This document shows, in pieces, positions 50,972 to 64,000 of a stretch of DNA of 64,000 bases. The position numbers and the translations under genes were made by a program. The notes beneath the pieces are model-generated. The model ran no database searches, was not told where the DNA came from, and worked only from the letters and a program-made list of their open reading frames with translations. How positions within the stretch are numbered: position 1 is the first letter of the stretch; the number at the start of each line of letters is the position of its first letter. Source of the DNA: Vicugna vicugna (Eukaryota); assembly GCA_013265495.1 (NCBI GenBank), contig MU061578.1:567308-631307 (forward strand), in the 5' to 3' direction.

Positions 50972-51473
50972 TGTACTGGTCAGGGTTCCCCAGAGAAACA
51001 GAGCCAACAGGATGGAGAGGATGTAAAGAAAGAGATTTATTCGGAGGGACTGGCTCATATAATTGTGGAGGCTGAGAAGTCCTCCAGTCTGCCACCTGCA
51101 AGCTGGAGGCCCAGGAGAGCCAGTGGTTTAGTTCCAGTCCAAACCCACAGGCCTGAGAACCAGGGGGTGCTGATGGTTTAAGTCCCGGTCCAAGTCTGAT
51201 GTCCTGAGATCCAAGAGAACTGATGTCTCAGGGCAGGGATGGAGGTCCGCACTCAAGAAGAGAGCGCACTGACCCTTACTCTGCCTTTTTGTTCAATCCC
51301 CGCCTTCAGTGGATTGGCGAGGGCCCACCCACCTTGCTGAGGGCGATCTTCTTTACTCAGTCTACCAGTTTAAGCGCTGATCTCTTCCAGGAGCACCCTC
51401 ACAGACACACCTAGAAATAACGTTTCACCAGCTAGCTGAGCATCTCTCTGACCAGTCAGGTTGACACATCACA
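50972..51473 (-). mobile_element. MLT2-like ERVL solo LTR
   Basis: TGTACTGGTCAGGGTTCCCCAGAGAAACAGAGCCAACAGGA...GGAGGCTGAGAAGTCC...CACCCTCACAGACACACCTAGAAATAA...CAGGTTGACACATCACA. Confidence 0.85.
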
Positions 51474-52509
51474 ACATTGTTCATCTCAGAGCAAAAATAG
51501 TCTACATTTGCTTCAAGAATACATAGGAAAGAAGTCATAAGAATATAACGACGGGTGAATCCTGAGGCAGATTAAATGGTAACCCCAAAGGCATTTTAAT
51601 GTTGCCATTCTTGTCGGCCCAACCTGGGTTTGCAGAATGCCCTGAGCAGGGAGGAATTCCTTCATTCCTACAGAAAGATGCAGAATAGCTGGAAGTCAGA
51701 GAAGAGGAGGAAGCTGGCTGGAAGGGTCAAGGATAGGCCAAGGAAAGGGAGGAGGAACATAAACATGATGTATGATCAACATGCAGAACAGAAATAGTGA
51801 AAGGACTGTGGTTTCCGTAGTCATTTTAGGAAGCGATATGCTTATTGCAGAGATGCTGACAATGCTTTGTATGTATCTGAAAGCACCATTTGGAAAGGCT
51901 ATGTGATTTTATGACATGCACTGATGCCTTAGTAACAGTAAATCTTTTTCTTTGGGTGTGGTAGAAGGAACATGGGATTTAGAGCTCATACAATGTAAAT
52001 TCAAATTCTTATCCTCTAGTTTTGTGGTAAAGCAAATACAATAAAACATTCATTTTAGAATCTAGGTGGTATGCACATGGAATTCACTGTACAATTTTTT
52101 CAACTTTTTCATAAGTTTAAAATTTTTACAGTTGAATGTTAAAACATAGTAGGAATCAGTCCTTATTCTCTACTTTTAGCCATGTGTTTTGCTCTCTCTA
52201 AACCTTAATTTTGTCAACCACAAAATGAAAATCATGACATCTCTGTCACAGGGTCACTGTGAGGTGGTAGCACTCCACAGCCAAGTCATTGTAGAGGGAA
52301 AATAACTATGCAAATGCTGTTTATAAAATCTGTGCTCAGAAAAACCTGGTATTAATTCTACATTGTAACAGGCAATGCACACAGGTTGCAATAATTTAAA
52401 CAGTACCAGAGAGCTTATAGTAAAGACACTCTCCTGTTCCCTCCTGACTCTCATCATTTCCCTTCCTAGTGTGACCACATTCTTCACCAATGGTAGTAAC
52501 ACAGCAAAT

Positions 52510-53390
52510 AATCATCTCTCGCATCTGTAGTGATGTCTCTTTTCATTTCTAATATTATCTATTTGTGGCATCTTTTCTTTCCCTTTCTTTTTGATCAGTT
52601 TTGAAAGACTTATGTCAGCTTTATCTGCCTTTCTAAAAGAATCAACTTTGGCGTCTCTGATTTTCTCTATGGTAATTCTTTCGTTTTCTGTTTCTCTATT
52701 TTCTGCTTTCAACTTTATTGTCTCTTCTTTTTCTATCTCCTTTGGGTTTACTCTGTTGGTTCTTTCCCAAACTTCTTAAGTTAGATGCCAAGCTCATTTA
52801 TTATTTATATATATAATGCATAGTGTATATTCATGTTACACATTTTTATATTAATAGTAAATACATATTAATATAAGTGTGTAACATACAAATATATCAA
52901 ATGAATACCATATATAAATATTATAATATATATTACATGTATTTAAAATACATATTTGTATATCTATGTATATATATGTAACATAGGTATATATGCTTAT
53001 ATATACATATATAAACATTCAAGGCTATATATTTCCCTCTGGATATCACTTTAGCTTCATCTTTCATCCTTTGATATCTGGTATTTTAATTATAATTCAG
53101 TTCCAAATATTTTGAAAATATCCAGTATGCTTCTGTGAACCATGTGTGATTTAGAAGTAATTAAAATTTTTTTCATCTATGTTTATTTTAGTTAACTTTG
53201 GTAAAACTTTCCTAATTTAATGATATTATGGTCCGAAAAATGTGGTTTATCTGATACCAATTATTTGCAGCCTGATGATGCTTGCTTTATGGCTAGTGCG
53301 TAGCTACTTTTGTTGTAAATATTTCATGTGCCAGGAAAGAGGACTTTCTCTCTAGGTACTTTGTATACATCCATTAGGTCAAAAACCTCA
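52510..53390 (-). mobile_element. Old L1 ORF2 fragment interrupted by a TA-rich tract (~52795-53035)
   Basis: ORF 52512-52712 TIEKIRDAKVDSFRKADKADISLSKLIKKK...QIDNIRNEK resembles L1 ORF2 [30 protein letters not shown]...QINNIRNEK. Confidence 0.75.
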
Positions 53391-56300
53391 ATTAGGAATG
53401 TGAGACTCGTGGTACTTACTGTCTTAGACTTTCATCTTAGAATAAGACAAAGCCACATTTAACACCTTGTTTTGTATGCAGTGGCTCTTAACAGAGAGAT
53501 GGGTGAAAAACAGATGTTCAACAAACATTTACTATGATCCTTCTTCATGTGTTATTTTGATGCATTGATTACTTCTGGCCTTCTCTATTAGAAGGTGAGT
53601 GTTTTGAGGTCAGGAGTGCCTGTACCACTGCGTCATCATAGACACAACAGTCAATGTTGGCGGAGATAAAGGATGGTGACAGAAGCTTTCATTTTTTTTT
53701 CCTGAAAAGAAAAAATATTGATTTATGAAAAAAGAGAGAGGTCAAAACTTCAGTTGACTTTATAGCTAGGAAGACAGGTTGTATTAGAATGGTCCTAAAA
53801 TCCCCTTCTACTGAATTTCTTTACATAAAGAGATCAATGATGCATTCTCGGATTTGAGTTCTGAGAGAACTGCCAGGTGGTATGGAGGTGAGGTGGGAGC
53901 CACTGGGAAGATCGCATACCCTCTGGGTGTGCCTTTCAGTTATACCAAGACGTTTTCTGGTGGCCAGGCATGGAGACATTTCAGTCTTCAAAAAATTAGA
54001 ATAAAGCATTTTACCGTCTATTGGTACGTAAACATCTTAAAATAATGATAAGTAAATCTGATTACACAAGATGAGGAGTCTCCCATTGCTGAAAATACCA
54101 TTGTTCTCTGTCCATCTAGATGTCACAGTGGAGGATTAGTCCAGCCATTAACCCTTATCCTTCCATAATTCAAAGCTGTCTTAATGGGGATGACAAAGGG
54201 CAGAAGGAAACTTGTGTGTCCTGCAAGTATCTGCACCTCAGGGAGGTGAAATGAATACAGAATTTGGGGTGAGATCACCCTGAATTTGTCACGTTTCCTT
54301 ATCTGAATTTTTAAAAATAATAATGATAATAGCTAAAAAATATATATACATATAGCTTTACACATATCAAAGTATTTAACCTAAATAGCTTCATGTGATT
54401 GGTATTGTCATTAACTCTAATTGGTAAATGAAAAAAAACATTGAATTTAGATATCACATGATTTGCCATTGGATGTAGTAGCTAATAAACTGTAGCTGTT
54501 GTCACTACGGTTTTAGTAATTCTGATGCAACTTCCTGGCTGAAGAAGTATCTGTCAGCTCTTGAATGGAGGGGGGATTACTCTGTGTACAGCACTCAGGT
54601 ACCTTCTGCAGCTGAGGATGCTGTCAGTAGCAGGGCTGGTGTGTTTCTTCTCCCTGTGAAACATCCAGTTTTACTCCATTTGGGAAACAACCCATTTTGT
54701 GACTGAGCCTCTGCTCTTCTTCATTTTATTTACTGTCCTGAATCACATGCTGGGAACTTGTATGTCTCCTCTCTCCGTACAAAACAACGTACCCACAGAC
54801 TTGTAGACTGGAAGGGCACTTGGGGATCATCAGACCCAGTGGTCTTAAGTCGTGGCTGCCACGTACATTACTCAGTGTAAATGCAGAGTCTGCCTATTGT
54901 TGGAGAACATAAGGATCATTCTAGGAGAGAACCATGGGTCTATTCCAAAATCCCTTTTAAATATGTATTCATGGATGTCTAGAGAAGGGGGAGTTCTTTT
55001 CTCAAGGTCATTTAGTTCCCTCTGGCTAATACCAGAATCAGGAGTGACACCAGAGAAAAGTTGAATATATATGCTTAAAGTACGCATTCTCCCTTCAGCA
55101 TTCCATTTCAATAGTGCATCCCAATAAGAAACAAATTTTAAGATGTCTAGAGATAAAAGCCACAGTAAAAGTAGTTCTGCTAACTTTGTCTCTGAATTTA
55201 TCTCTGTGATAAACGTGCAGGTTTGTTTTTCAGCGTTTAGAACTCAGGTCAGGGGAAAGGGAAGGAGAAAGTTTGGTCTATACAAGAGATTTTTCTAAAA
55301 GAGCCTTGAGATGACTGTTGGATGAGAAAAAGGAGTTAGAGAAAGCAAGATTCAAGAAGGAAAAGCAGGTAGCTCAGGTCAGTATAGGGACTGAGATCAT
55401 TTTCATGCTTTGTGACAAGCCAGGAGGTGGATAAGTGCCCTGGTCAAGTAACAGCAACAGCAAAGTCACAGAACAAAGCTCTGTGGCTAAGGGAAGTGCT
55501 TTTCTGTGTTGACTTCTCATTGTGCAAAGCTAGACGCAAACATGGCAAATAGAGCAGTGCCTGTTGAGTGGGAAGGATGAAGCGTGGAGGTTAGTCCAGC
55601 ACCTACACTCTGCCAAGCATCATGATGAAAGACAGGAAGGATGTGGGTGGGGGAACTCACCCCTCTGCTATTCCTCCATTCACATTGGGCGCATGTTTAT
55701 TAAATGACAAGTAATTTGATAACAAGGAAGTTTAGTTGCCAAGACATTTAACGGGTACTGAAATGTCATATTGATTTGAACCTTGCTCTAAATGGCACAT
55801 TATGTTGTTAGAGGAGAAAATTAAAAATCAAAACATGGGCAAGATATTTAATTAAGAACAATCTTTTGCATAAAAATGCTGCAATGAGTGTATGGCAGGC
55901 CATGTAATGTTTTTTCACTCACCCGCAAGAGCCTACTGCCAAGATACAGCCATACTTACTGGAAGCTTCTTGCCTAGTTTAAGGTTACAAGTCCAATTGT
56001 TTTCGTGTCAGCAGGGGTGAGGAGTTCCAGGTACAATTCAAATCCGTGATAGAAGTTACTAGAAGTTCACAGAACAATGGACAAAAGGGACTCTGGAGTC
56101 AGAAACAGCTGGCTTAATTTCTTACTCTAAAATCCAGGCAAATTCTTAACTTTCCCCATCTGTAAGATGGGGCCGATATTAGCTTCCTTGCAGAACTGCT
56201 TGAGTGAATGTCATTTTAAACTCTTGTCGATCACTGGTGACTATTAGTATTGTGGATAGTAGTAGTAATAATACAATATGGTGAAAAACAGCATTTGCTC

Positions 56301-57379
56301 TCAAGAGCCTCCTACTGCTTATTTTGTAGTCTATTTTGTGATACAATTTAGCAGATAGGAATTTGCACGTATCGAATTCCCCTTCCATGTGGGACTTTCT
56401 TAATCTCTGTCTCAGCTCCTCCTTAAGGAGAGTCATCTGTGTTGGCAGAGAGAGGTGTTCCTCATTCTTCTCTCCTTGGAGTCTACCCTCAGGTAGACAC
56501 CTGCTGTGCATGGTGGCCTTGGAGGCCACACTGGGTGTTTCTTTCAACAAACCCATTTGGGCTGTGAAGTAGCCAGACCCCTAGAAAAGACTAAGATCAA
56601 GCTTGAAGTTGAGATTGCTCCTGGTGTAGCTGGAAACACCACTGAGTGACAGGCTTGGACTCGGGGGCTCCATCTTGAGTGGAGAGAGGGGCCTTTATTT
56701 TGACTTCTCCCAGGGAGTGCATTTTTGCTCTATTTATATAGCAGATCTGTGTGTCTAAGAAAAAAATATACTTGGTGAGAGGCTGAATGAAACTGCCAAA
56801 TCTCTAAATTTCCTCTGGTCCTAAGATTCTCTGGTTTCTGACCACTGAAAAATCCTGGAGAGGAGGTCCAGGACATTTGTGAGTGATGTTGCAGAACCTT
56901 CACAAAACCTTGTATTTGCATCGATCTCTAGAAGATGTAATGAAGCCCCCACCCCCGGCCCATCATCCATCACTTGCGTCGACTTCCTTGTCTTCTGTAT
57001 ACTTTCAGTAATAGCGCTAGCAATTGGCTTTCTTTTGTGGACTTTTCCTAATGAGGAAGCCAAGCCTATAATCTGTGTCGCATAGAGACAAGAAATGCCA
57101 CAAGGAGAGGAGGCTGAGTTATAGGGGTTCCCTCCCTGGCTACATGAGTCACCTTTCTCTCCCACAATCCAGATTCTTTAAATCTCAGCAAAAGGGCAAA
57201 TGACTACATAGACATGGCAGGGGAATTTGGAGATCCTGGAAAACAGTTGAAGCTGGAGCTATAAAATCTATGAATGTCAGAATACCCTTGCCTTTACCAC
57301 AAAGATACATATAACTGGATTCATCCCCTACAACATGCTCTCTCTCCAACAAGGCTCTGAAAGCCTCAGGCTATAAAAA

Positions 57380-58370
57380 CCATGAATAATAACAACAACA
57401 AGAAATGCCTGTGCCCCGAACTATTCATTATAGCATTATTTGCAGTGTCAAAAGACTGGCAGCAAACAGTCCCTAAGTTCCTCGATGAGAAACTGATTGA
57501 ATTATCCATGTATATCTACACAGTGAAGTTCTACATGGCCGTAAAGAGGAACGAGAAATGCTTCATTATGTTGCCATGTAATTACATCTAGAATATATCA
57601 TTAATGAAATTAAGACAAGGTGGAGGTAAGTGTTTGTGGCATGTTCAGGATAAGCAAATGGTTGTGAAGGGGAGTTCCATTTAGTTATATTCTAGTGAAC
57701 AGGTGAGGCATAACAACTAAACTACCACGATTTTTAAAAAATTAATCAATTAGTGGATCTAGTCAAGAATCATAAATTGGTTTATCATCACAAAAAATTG
57801 GAACCAGACATCAAGTGCATAATGTAAGTATACAGTGCCATCTATGAAGCGTTCTTGACCAAAAAAAATCACTGAACCCAATATGATCAAACCTCTAAAT
57901 CCAAATATAAACTTATAGGACCACATGGGAGACAGAGGAACAGGTTAAAATACCCTAGAGAAATGGGGTAATCAGTCAAATCCAGACTGCAGGAAATTGT
58001 ATGTAACAAATTATCTAGTTCACTAAAAACAAAGATAGAGCAGATGGAGGGGAACTCTTCAGTTTAAAAGGGATGTTTGATGATATTAGGAATTTGTGTT
58101 AAATTTTTAGATATGAACATGGTATGTGGTTATTTATTTAAAGGAGGTTATATTTTGGGGATTATATTAAAATATTTGTAGATGAAATGATCTGATACTT
58201 GGCATTTGCAGCAAAATAGTCTACAGAATGAGGATTGGATGAGGGTTGAGAAAAACAAGACTGGCTGTGTTTTGATGACTATCGAGTTTCAGTGATAAGT
58301 CAATCAGTTTTATTATATTATTTTCCTTGTACATATATTTGCAAATTTCCATAATACACATTTTAGAAAC
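57380..58370 (+). mobile_element. Ancient L1ME/L1MC-like 3' fragments
   Basis: CTATTCATTATAGCATTATTTGCAGTGTCAAAAGACTGG...; AATATTTGTAGATGAAATGATCTGATACTTGGCATTTGC...ATTTCCATAATA. Confidence 0.55.
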
Positions 58371-58489
58371 ACACTCCTATTCTTGGTCCCAAAGACCAAA
58401 CACAGATCTGAGAGAGAAATACTATGGGTAGGGATTAGACGTATAGAGAGATCTATAAGTTACATCTCTCTCTATTATTATTCATAATT

Positions 58490-58745
58490 AATTCTATTTA
58501 TTTTGTGTCTAAAATGTGCCATCAGTCTTTAAGCACTTCACCTATTTTTAACTGATCTAATCATCCCAGCAATCCTGGGAGGTATGTACTATTGTTCCCA
58601 CTTTAGAGATGAGGTCACTGAGGCATAGGAGTTAAGTAAGCTGTTCCAGGTCACACTGCTAGTAATGACTGAGTCAGGCGTCCAATGACAGCAGCCTTGT
58701 TCCAGAATGCGCACTGTCAACCACTAGTTGAAATGCTTGGATATG
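58490..58745 (-). mobile_element. MIR
   Basis: CCCACTTTAGAGATGAGGTCACTGAGGCATAGGAGTTAAGTAAGCTGTTCCAGGTCACAC. Confidence 0.7.
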
Positions 58746-58976
58746 TGTCACAGAAATGAGAGTAGTAACTTTAGGAGCCAGAAAGGCTAACGTCTATTCT
58801 GAGCACTCATCTGTGGCATATGCTGTACTAAATATTTCATGCCGACTATCTTTAATTCAAGGCAATTCTATAGGAAAGTCTTATTCTTTTCACTTTGCAA
58901 TGGAAGAAAACAAAACTCAAAGAGATAAGTAGCTCCCTCATCCGTGATCATTCAGATAGACCTTGGCAGAGGTAGG

Positions 58977-59462
58977 GTATTATATAAGTTTTCGGGTGCA
59001 GAGTCACAAAGTACCCAACACTTAAGGGCTTAACATAATAGCCATGTTCGTTTGGCTCCTGACTGCAGGTGGCCAAGTTAGGCTGGGCTCAGTTGGGTGG
59101 TTCTTCCAACCTTGGCTGGCATCCATTATGAGTGTTATCAGCTGTATGTTGGCTGGTGGCTCTGATTGTGAGAGTTGGCCAGCTGTTGAGAGGAGCATTT
59201 CAGTTTTACCCCGAAGAGTCTTGTCCTCTAATGGGCTGACTTGGACTATAAGATGTTCTTATAGTGAGGCGTGGGTCCAAGAGCAAGATATCACTTCTGC
59301 CAAATTCTGTGGCTCAAGACCCATCACAAGGCCAGCCCAGATTCAAGGAGTAGAAAAATAGACTCTGAATCTTGACAGGAGGACCTGGTGAGTTGCATTG
59401 GGAATGGAGTAGATTAAGTGAAGGAGAGAAGATCGGGGCCATTTTTGCAATTAATCCACCAC
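58977..59462 (-). mobile_element. MLT1-type LTR
   Basis: GGCTGGGCTCAGTTGGGTGGTTCTTC...TCACTTCTGCCAAATTCTG...TCACAAGGCCAGCCCAGATTCAAGGAG...GGCCATTTTTGCAAT. Confidence 0.7.
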
Positions 59463-60424
59463 CAGAATAAACCCAGCTCTGAGTAACTTGAAAGAATCAC
59501 ATACCTTTCCCTCATTGGGGGTTCTACTGCCAATTTGGATTCCTTATTACCAGCCTGGTCTGAACTTTTCTAAGTCAGAATTCTCCATCCGGCTCAATTC
59601 TGAGCACTAAGCCAGTGCATACTTGGAGCAAGATACCAAAGGTTTGCTGCTGTGACTTGCCAGAGGATGGTATTACACCCCAGGAGGGCAGAAGACTGGA
59701 TGCCATGGGAAAGAAGAGCATTAACAAAAAGCCCCAGTTACCAGGTAATGAGAGATTCTCGACCAGTAACAACAGCAATGCAGCTGTAATAGAATTTCAA
59801 TGAGATAAATTCCACTTTCTGCCCAAGTTTAGCCACTCAGGGAAGAAACAATTATCTTGTGAAAATGGAGCACTATCCCTATATTATCCCTTCATTAAAA
59901 TATTCAAATGAAGGTAACAACACCGTTATAAGCTCATTTATAAAGAAAAATAACATTAATGCATTTAACGCTAATGCATTTACCTCACAGCGCTTCCCAG
60001 AGATGGTAAAATGTGAAGTTTATAAAATGTTCAGTGATGTTGAACTTGGATTGCAACCTAATGCTTGAATTGCTACATTTAACATTAAAAGCATGTTATT
60101 AATCTTCAATTTAGGGGAGAATAATTTTCACTCACTGTGCAGGAAGGAAAAACCCAGTTATGATGGGATTTCATTCAGATCAAATTTGCTTTAATTGCAA
60201 TTCTATTAAATTAGAAATAGACATTTTATCCTGATACGATTCTTTGATGTCTTTAGTTTTAATGCTAATAAAAGCATTATCACCACAGGTGTGAGCTGCA
60301 TTACGTACAATAATTAGGGCTTAAATTAAAGATGTGTCAAGCTACCCAAAGTAATTTGGAAAACGAATGCAAAAGAAATAAACCAGGTGAAACTTCGGGG
60401 GCAGTTTAGTTCCCCACACTTTTG

Positions 60425-60718
60425 CCAACATCAGTTTCTCATTATTGTATTTTTTTTTTTTACTTAAGAATAACAATGATACCGTTAAGAGTAATGCCTT
60501 CAAGACATGGTTAAACAAAGTGCTGTAGAGCAATTGAGCGGAGCATTTTGCAGACAAAGAAAAGATTTGTTTTGTCCCCCCAACATCAGTTTCTCATTAT
60601 TGTATTTTTTTTTTTTTACTTAAGAATAACAATGATACCGTTAAGAGTAATGCCTTCAAGACATGGTTAAACAAAGTGCTGTAGAGCAATTGAGCAGAGC
60701 ATTTTGCAGACAAAGAAA
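60425..60718. repeat. Near-perfect direct tandem duplication (138/139 bp, 17-bp spacer)
   Basis: 60425-60562 versus 60580-60718 differ only in T-run length (12 vs 13) and GAGCGGAGC vs GAGCAGAGC. Confidence 0.95.
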
Positions 60719-62060
60719 GGCGTTGAAGAAGAATGTTTAATCAAATGATGAAACACAAGCAATGCCTGTTAAGTAAAGGAGAAGTCATAAATTAGTGTGT
60801 GTAGTACACTGTATTTATAAAATATGCATGGAAAAGTCTGGGAGGAAGTACAACCCCATGTTAATTAGTTATTAGTCATCTTTAAGTGGGGGATTCTTTT
60901 TTTACTGTTTTGATTCTGTTCTATAATCCTTTTTTTTATAATTAACAAATATTTTGTATTAGGGGAAATCATAAGAGAACGAAATTTATTCAGTGTGACT
61001 GAGCTTGTCATAATTAAAGATTGTATCATGTATCTTTGTCAGATCTAAACACTGAGATGATTTCAGGCAGATAACACCCTCGCGGGGGTGAATGAATGAA
61101 TGAATGCATATATGAATACATGAGGGGTTGGAATTCATTATGTAGCTAACAGGAAGGTGGCCAGAAATTACAGCTTTGACTTTTGTTTTTCCTGTGAAGA
61201 CCTCTCTCTAGAATCTCAATCTCTTTGCTTTACAGAAATATATTAAAGGAGGAATGGTCAGTTATGACCCAATTATGCTCTTCTCCAAAATGGATGAAAT
61301 TTTGGGACAGAATCAGAAGATATGAACTTAGTCTCGATGCCTCAGATAAGAGATGGCTACATCGTTCTGTTCGCACAGAAGTAAATGAACCTAGTTATGG
61401 AGATGTAGCATTAGACTTCTGGATTTCTTTTTTGCTAACCTTTGTTAAATATTTTATTTGTGTTTGTACCCACTGTGTGTCAGGGAACAGACCATATGCT
61501 GTTGGGAAGGCAGAGACAAATGGAGACGTTTCCTGCCCTCAGGGTGACATGGAGCAGAGAATAGGGACCAATCCAAGCGCCACCAGTCACTGGCTGAGTA
61601 GCAAATGACTTGCCATCCCCCAGCTCCAATATCCTCATCTCTAAAATGAGAAAAATAATAACATGCCACTGGGTTTTCTAACACTTAGACCAGATACTAT
61701 AAAAATAAGCTGACACATAGTAAGCACTCAGTAAGAAGGTACCCATCCTCATGACAGAAAAAGATTTATAATGAAATACCACAAAAGGCAAAGTCAATAT
61801 ACTAACGTGCATTGCATCTGATTTAGGTTGTGTTTAACTGATTTGCACATCCACCTGGTTCTGTATTCTGAGAACAAAGGGGGCCTTCTGTGTTTTTAGG
61901 AATGTAATTATCTCAAGAGCGGTTGCAATGACTTGGGATGAGGTTTGGGTGCTATTATGATGATATGTTGCCGGGCACTCATATTTCTCGTCACTGCCAT
62001 GCTCATTACCCCCTCTCCTCTCTGAATCTTCAAGAGAATTCTCTCATGATTGGAGAAGGG

Positions 62061-62605
62061 TGTATTTGTTATCTAGTGCTGTTCAACAAGTTATTCCAAA
62101 ACGTAGATGCTCAAAACAACACATGTTTATTATCTCCTAGTTTCTGTGGGTCAAGAATCAGGGCTTAGCTGGGCTGAGCCCTTGATTGAAGTCTTGCAAA
62201 CTGCAACTCAGAGTGTTGGCCAAGGCCTGGGAGTCTCATCTCAAGGGCAAAGATTCACTTCCAAGTCCACTCCCATGCCGCAGGTGGCAGGTTTCAGATC
62301 CCTGTGGCTGTTGGTTGTAGGTCACCTCAATTTCTTGCCACATGGGCTCTCCAGAAAGCAGCTCACAACATGATAGTTGGTTTATCAGAGTGAGGGAGAG
62401 AGACAGACACCAAGGGAGGACTCTGTCATTGAATCTTGGAAGTGATATTCCATCACTTTGTCATATTGTACTCAGTAGAAGCCAGAATTTAGGTGCAGCC
62501 CACACTCAGGAGGTCAGAGGATGGGAGAGAGAGGTTTATGCAAGGACGTGGATCCTAGGAGGTAGGTACCACTGGTGGGGTCATCTTAGATAGCTGTCAT
62601 CCACA
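62061..62605 (-). mobile_element. MLT1-type solo LTR
   Basis: TGTATTTGTTATCTAGTGCTG...GTTTCTGTGGGTCAAGAATC...TCACTTCCAAG...GGGGTCATCTTAGATAGCTGTCATCCACA. Confidence 0.8.
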
Positions 62606-62652
62606 ATGAGGCTCAAAGGATCACTCAGGTAATATTTGAGCTTGCACCTTAC

Positions 62653-62765
62653 CTGTCCTAATTTCAGGACCACAGGAAAGGCTGGATTGGATCTTGAGGT
62701 CTAAATGGTGACTCCTGTGTTCTTCCCAGTGATTTGGAGTCTGGAGGCCAACATGCTCTGGCAAA
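62653..62765 (-). other. Candidate 113-nt exon on the minus strand (probably non-coding)
   Basis: Minus-strand acceptor tgacctagctccctttctgtcctcttgttctgcAG and donor CAG|GTAAGG; no recognisable protein. Confidence 0.3.
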
Positions 62766-64000
62766 CTGCAGAACAAGAGGACAGAAAGGGAGCTAGGTCA
62801 TAGACAGTGACTTTAACAAGTCAGCCTACCAGCTGCATGTCCGAGAAAGTGCGGAAAATATGAAGAGCTGATCTTGGCTCAGCATTCTCAGCGTGCACAG
62901 AAAGCTGGGACACGCGCGCGTGCACACACACACACACACAATGTGCCAGCCTTTATTCTGTGTGCTTTACAACAACTCTATGAAGTCATTACTATTATTA
63001 TCACCATCCTGATCCTACCAATAAGGAAAGTGAACCCCAGGGACAATAAGTCTCGTGGCAAGCACATTCAGCTAATACAGTAGCTAGGCTGGGATGCCAG
63101 ATGAAACCCCCTTCTGATGGCTATGGCATAACGTTTCTCTAAAGCCCAGTAACTCTACCCAGTATCCACTGAAAGTTCTAGGCTGTGGTTCATAAACATT
63201 AGCAGAGAAGCAAAAAGTGACCGGGCAGAGACAGATGCAACCAGGAAAGGGAAGATACTGTCTGTTCCTCCCAGCTGCCACCACTCCCTGCAGTCCTTAA
63301 AATATTTAAGGAGCACATAACATTGCCTTTTCTCACCTCATAACACCTCGCACGGTGCCTTGCACACAGAAAGCTCATTATGTGATAATTCAGTGGTTAT
63401 GCTTTTTTCACCCATGTTGGCCAGAGGCTGGGGCATCGTGGGTCTCAGCAGGGCAGCCCTGATAAGCATCAGCTCTGGCACCTGACACACCCGAGTTCAA
63501 ATTCTGGAATCCCTACTTAGTTTGTGTGGCTTGACTTTCCTTATCAGATCCCGAGTTTCCCATCATTAGGATGAAATGCTAGTGTCTCCTGGTGGGCTTG
63601 TCACTATGCTCCCATCATAATGTGTGCCAAGAGCCGATTAATACCAGAGCCAGGGGCTCTGTGAGAGGTAGCTGGTTTGATTCTTATCAGCCGTCATCTG
63701 GGTTTTAAATGGACTTGGCTTCTACTTTACAATCCGACTCTCCCCGTGTGATTTTCAAAAATGTCACTGTTCCCCACTTTAAAAGGTAGAACCTTTGTGT
63801 CCAGCACTGAAATGGCATAATGTTTCAATCTATTATTTAAAGTAGGTTGACAATAGCTACGTAAAATCCTCCACCCTACATCTCAGTAGCTTTGTAAACA
63901 TTTTTTTTTCTCTTTCTGTAAATCAGAAGTGAATCGGGGACCTACCTGGGCATCTCTCCTCCAGGCAGCCACGTGGGGACCCAGGATCTTCCTGCACCGT

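Noticed and set aside
58443..58475. AGAGAGAT...ATCTCTCT inverted repeat
   Set aside because: Low-complexity GA/TC dinucleotide arms; expected by chance.
59575..59803. Possible plus-strand exon ending CAG|GTAATG
   Set aside because: Weak acceptor context and unrecognised peptide; not distinguishable from chance.

Overview
Mammalian nuclear DNA, most likely camelid, judged from three tRNA-headed Vic-1-like SINEs and artiodactyl-type L1 3' ends. It reads as intergenic or deep-intronic sequence. No protein-coding gene can be recognised, and the ORFs with identifiable homology are decayed L1 ORF1/ORF2 pieces. Much of the window is interspersed repeat (L1/HAL1-like, L2, MIR, MLT1/MLT2/MER21-like LTRs, MER5/MER58/MER81-like DNA elements, microsatellites). 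Between these lie several repeat-free, homeodomain-motif-rich blocks that look like conserved enhancers. The most unusual feature is a ~1.5 kb non-coding ERV1-like element (~26810-28287) with two diverged LTRs, a tRNA-Arg PBS and a PPT. Its interior is a CpG-island-like 39-bp tandem array carrying three ZFP57 motifs at exact 39-bp spacing. Other oddities: an L1 lacking ORF1/EN with a foreign older-L1 tail inside one apparent TSD, a near-perfect 138-bp tandem duplication, a perfect 14-bp hairpin, a candidate recursive splice site and two candidate orphan exons. Repeat family names come from recognition by eye and need Dfam/RepeatMasker confirmation.
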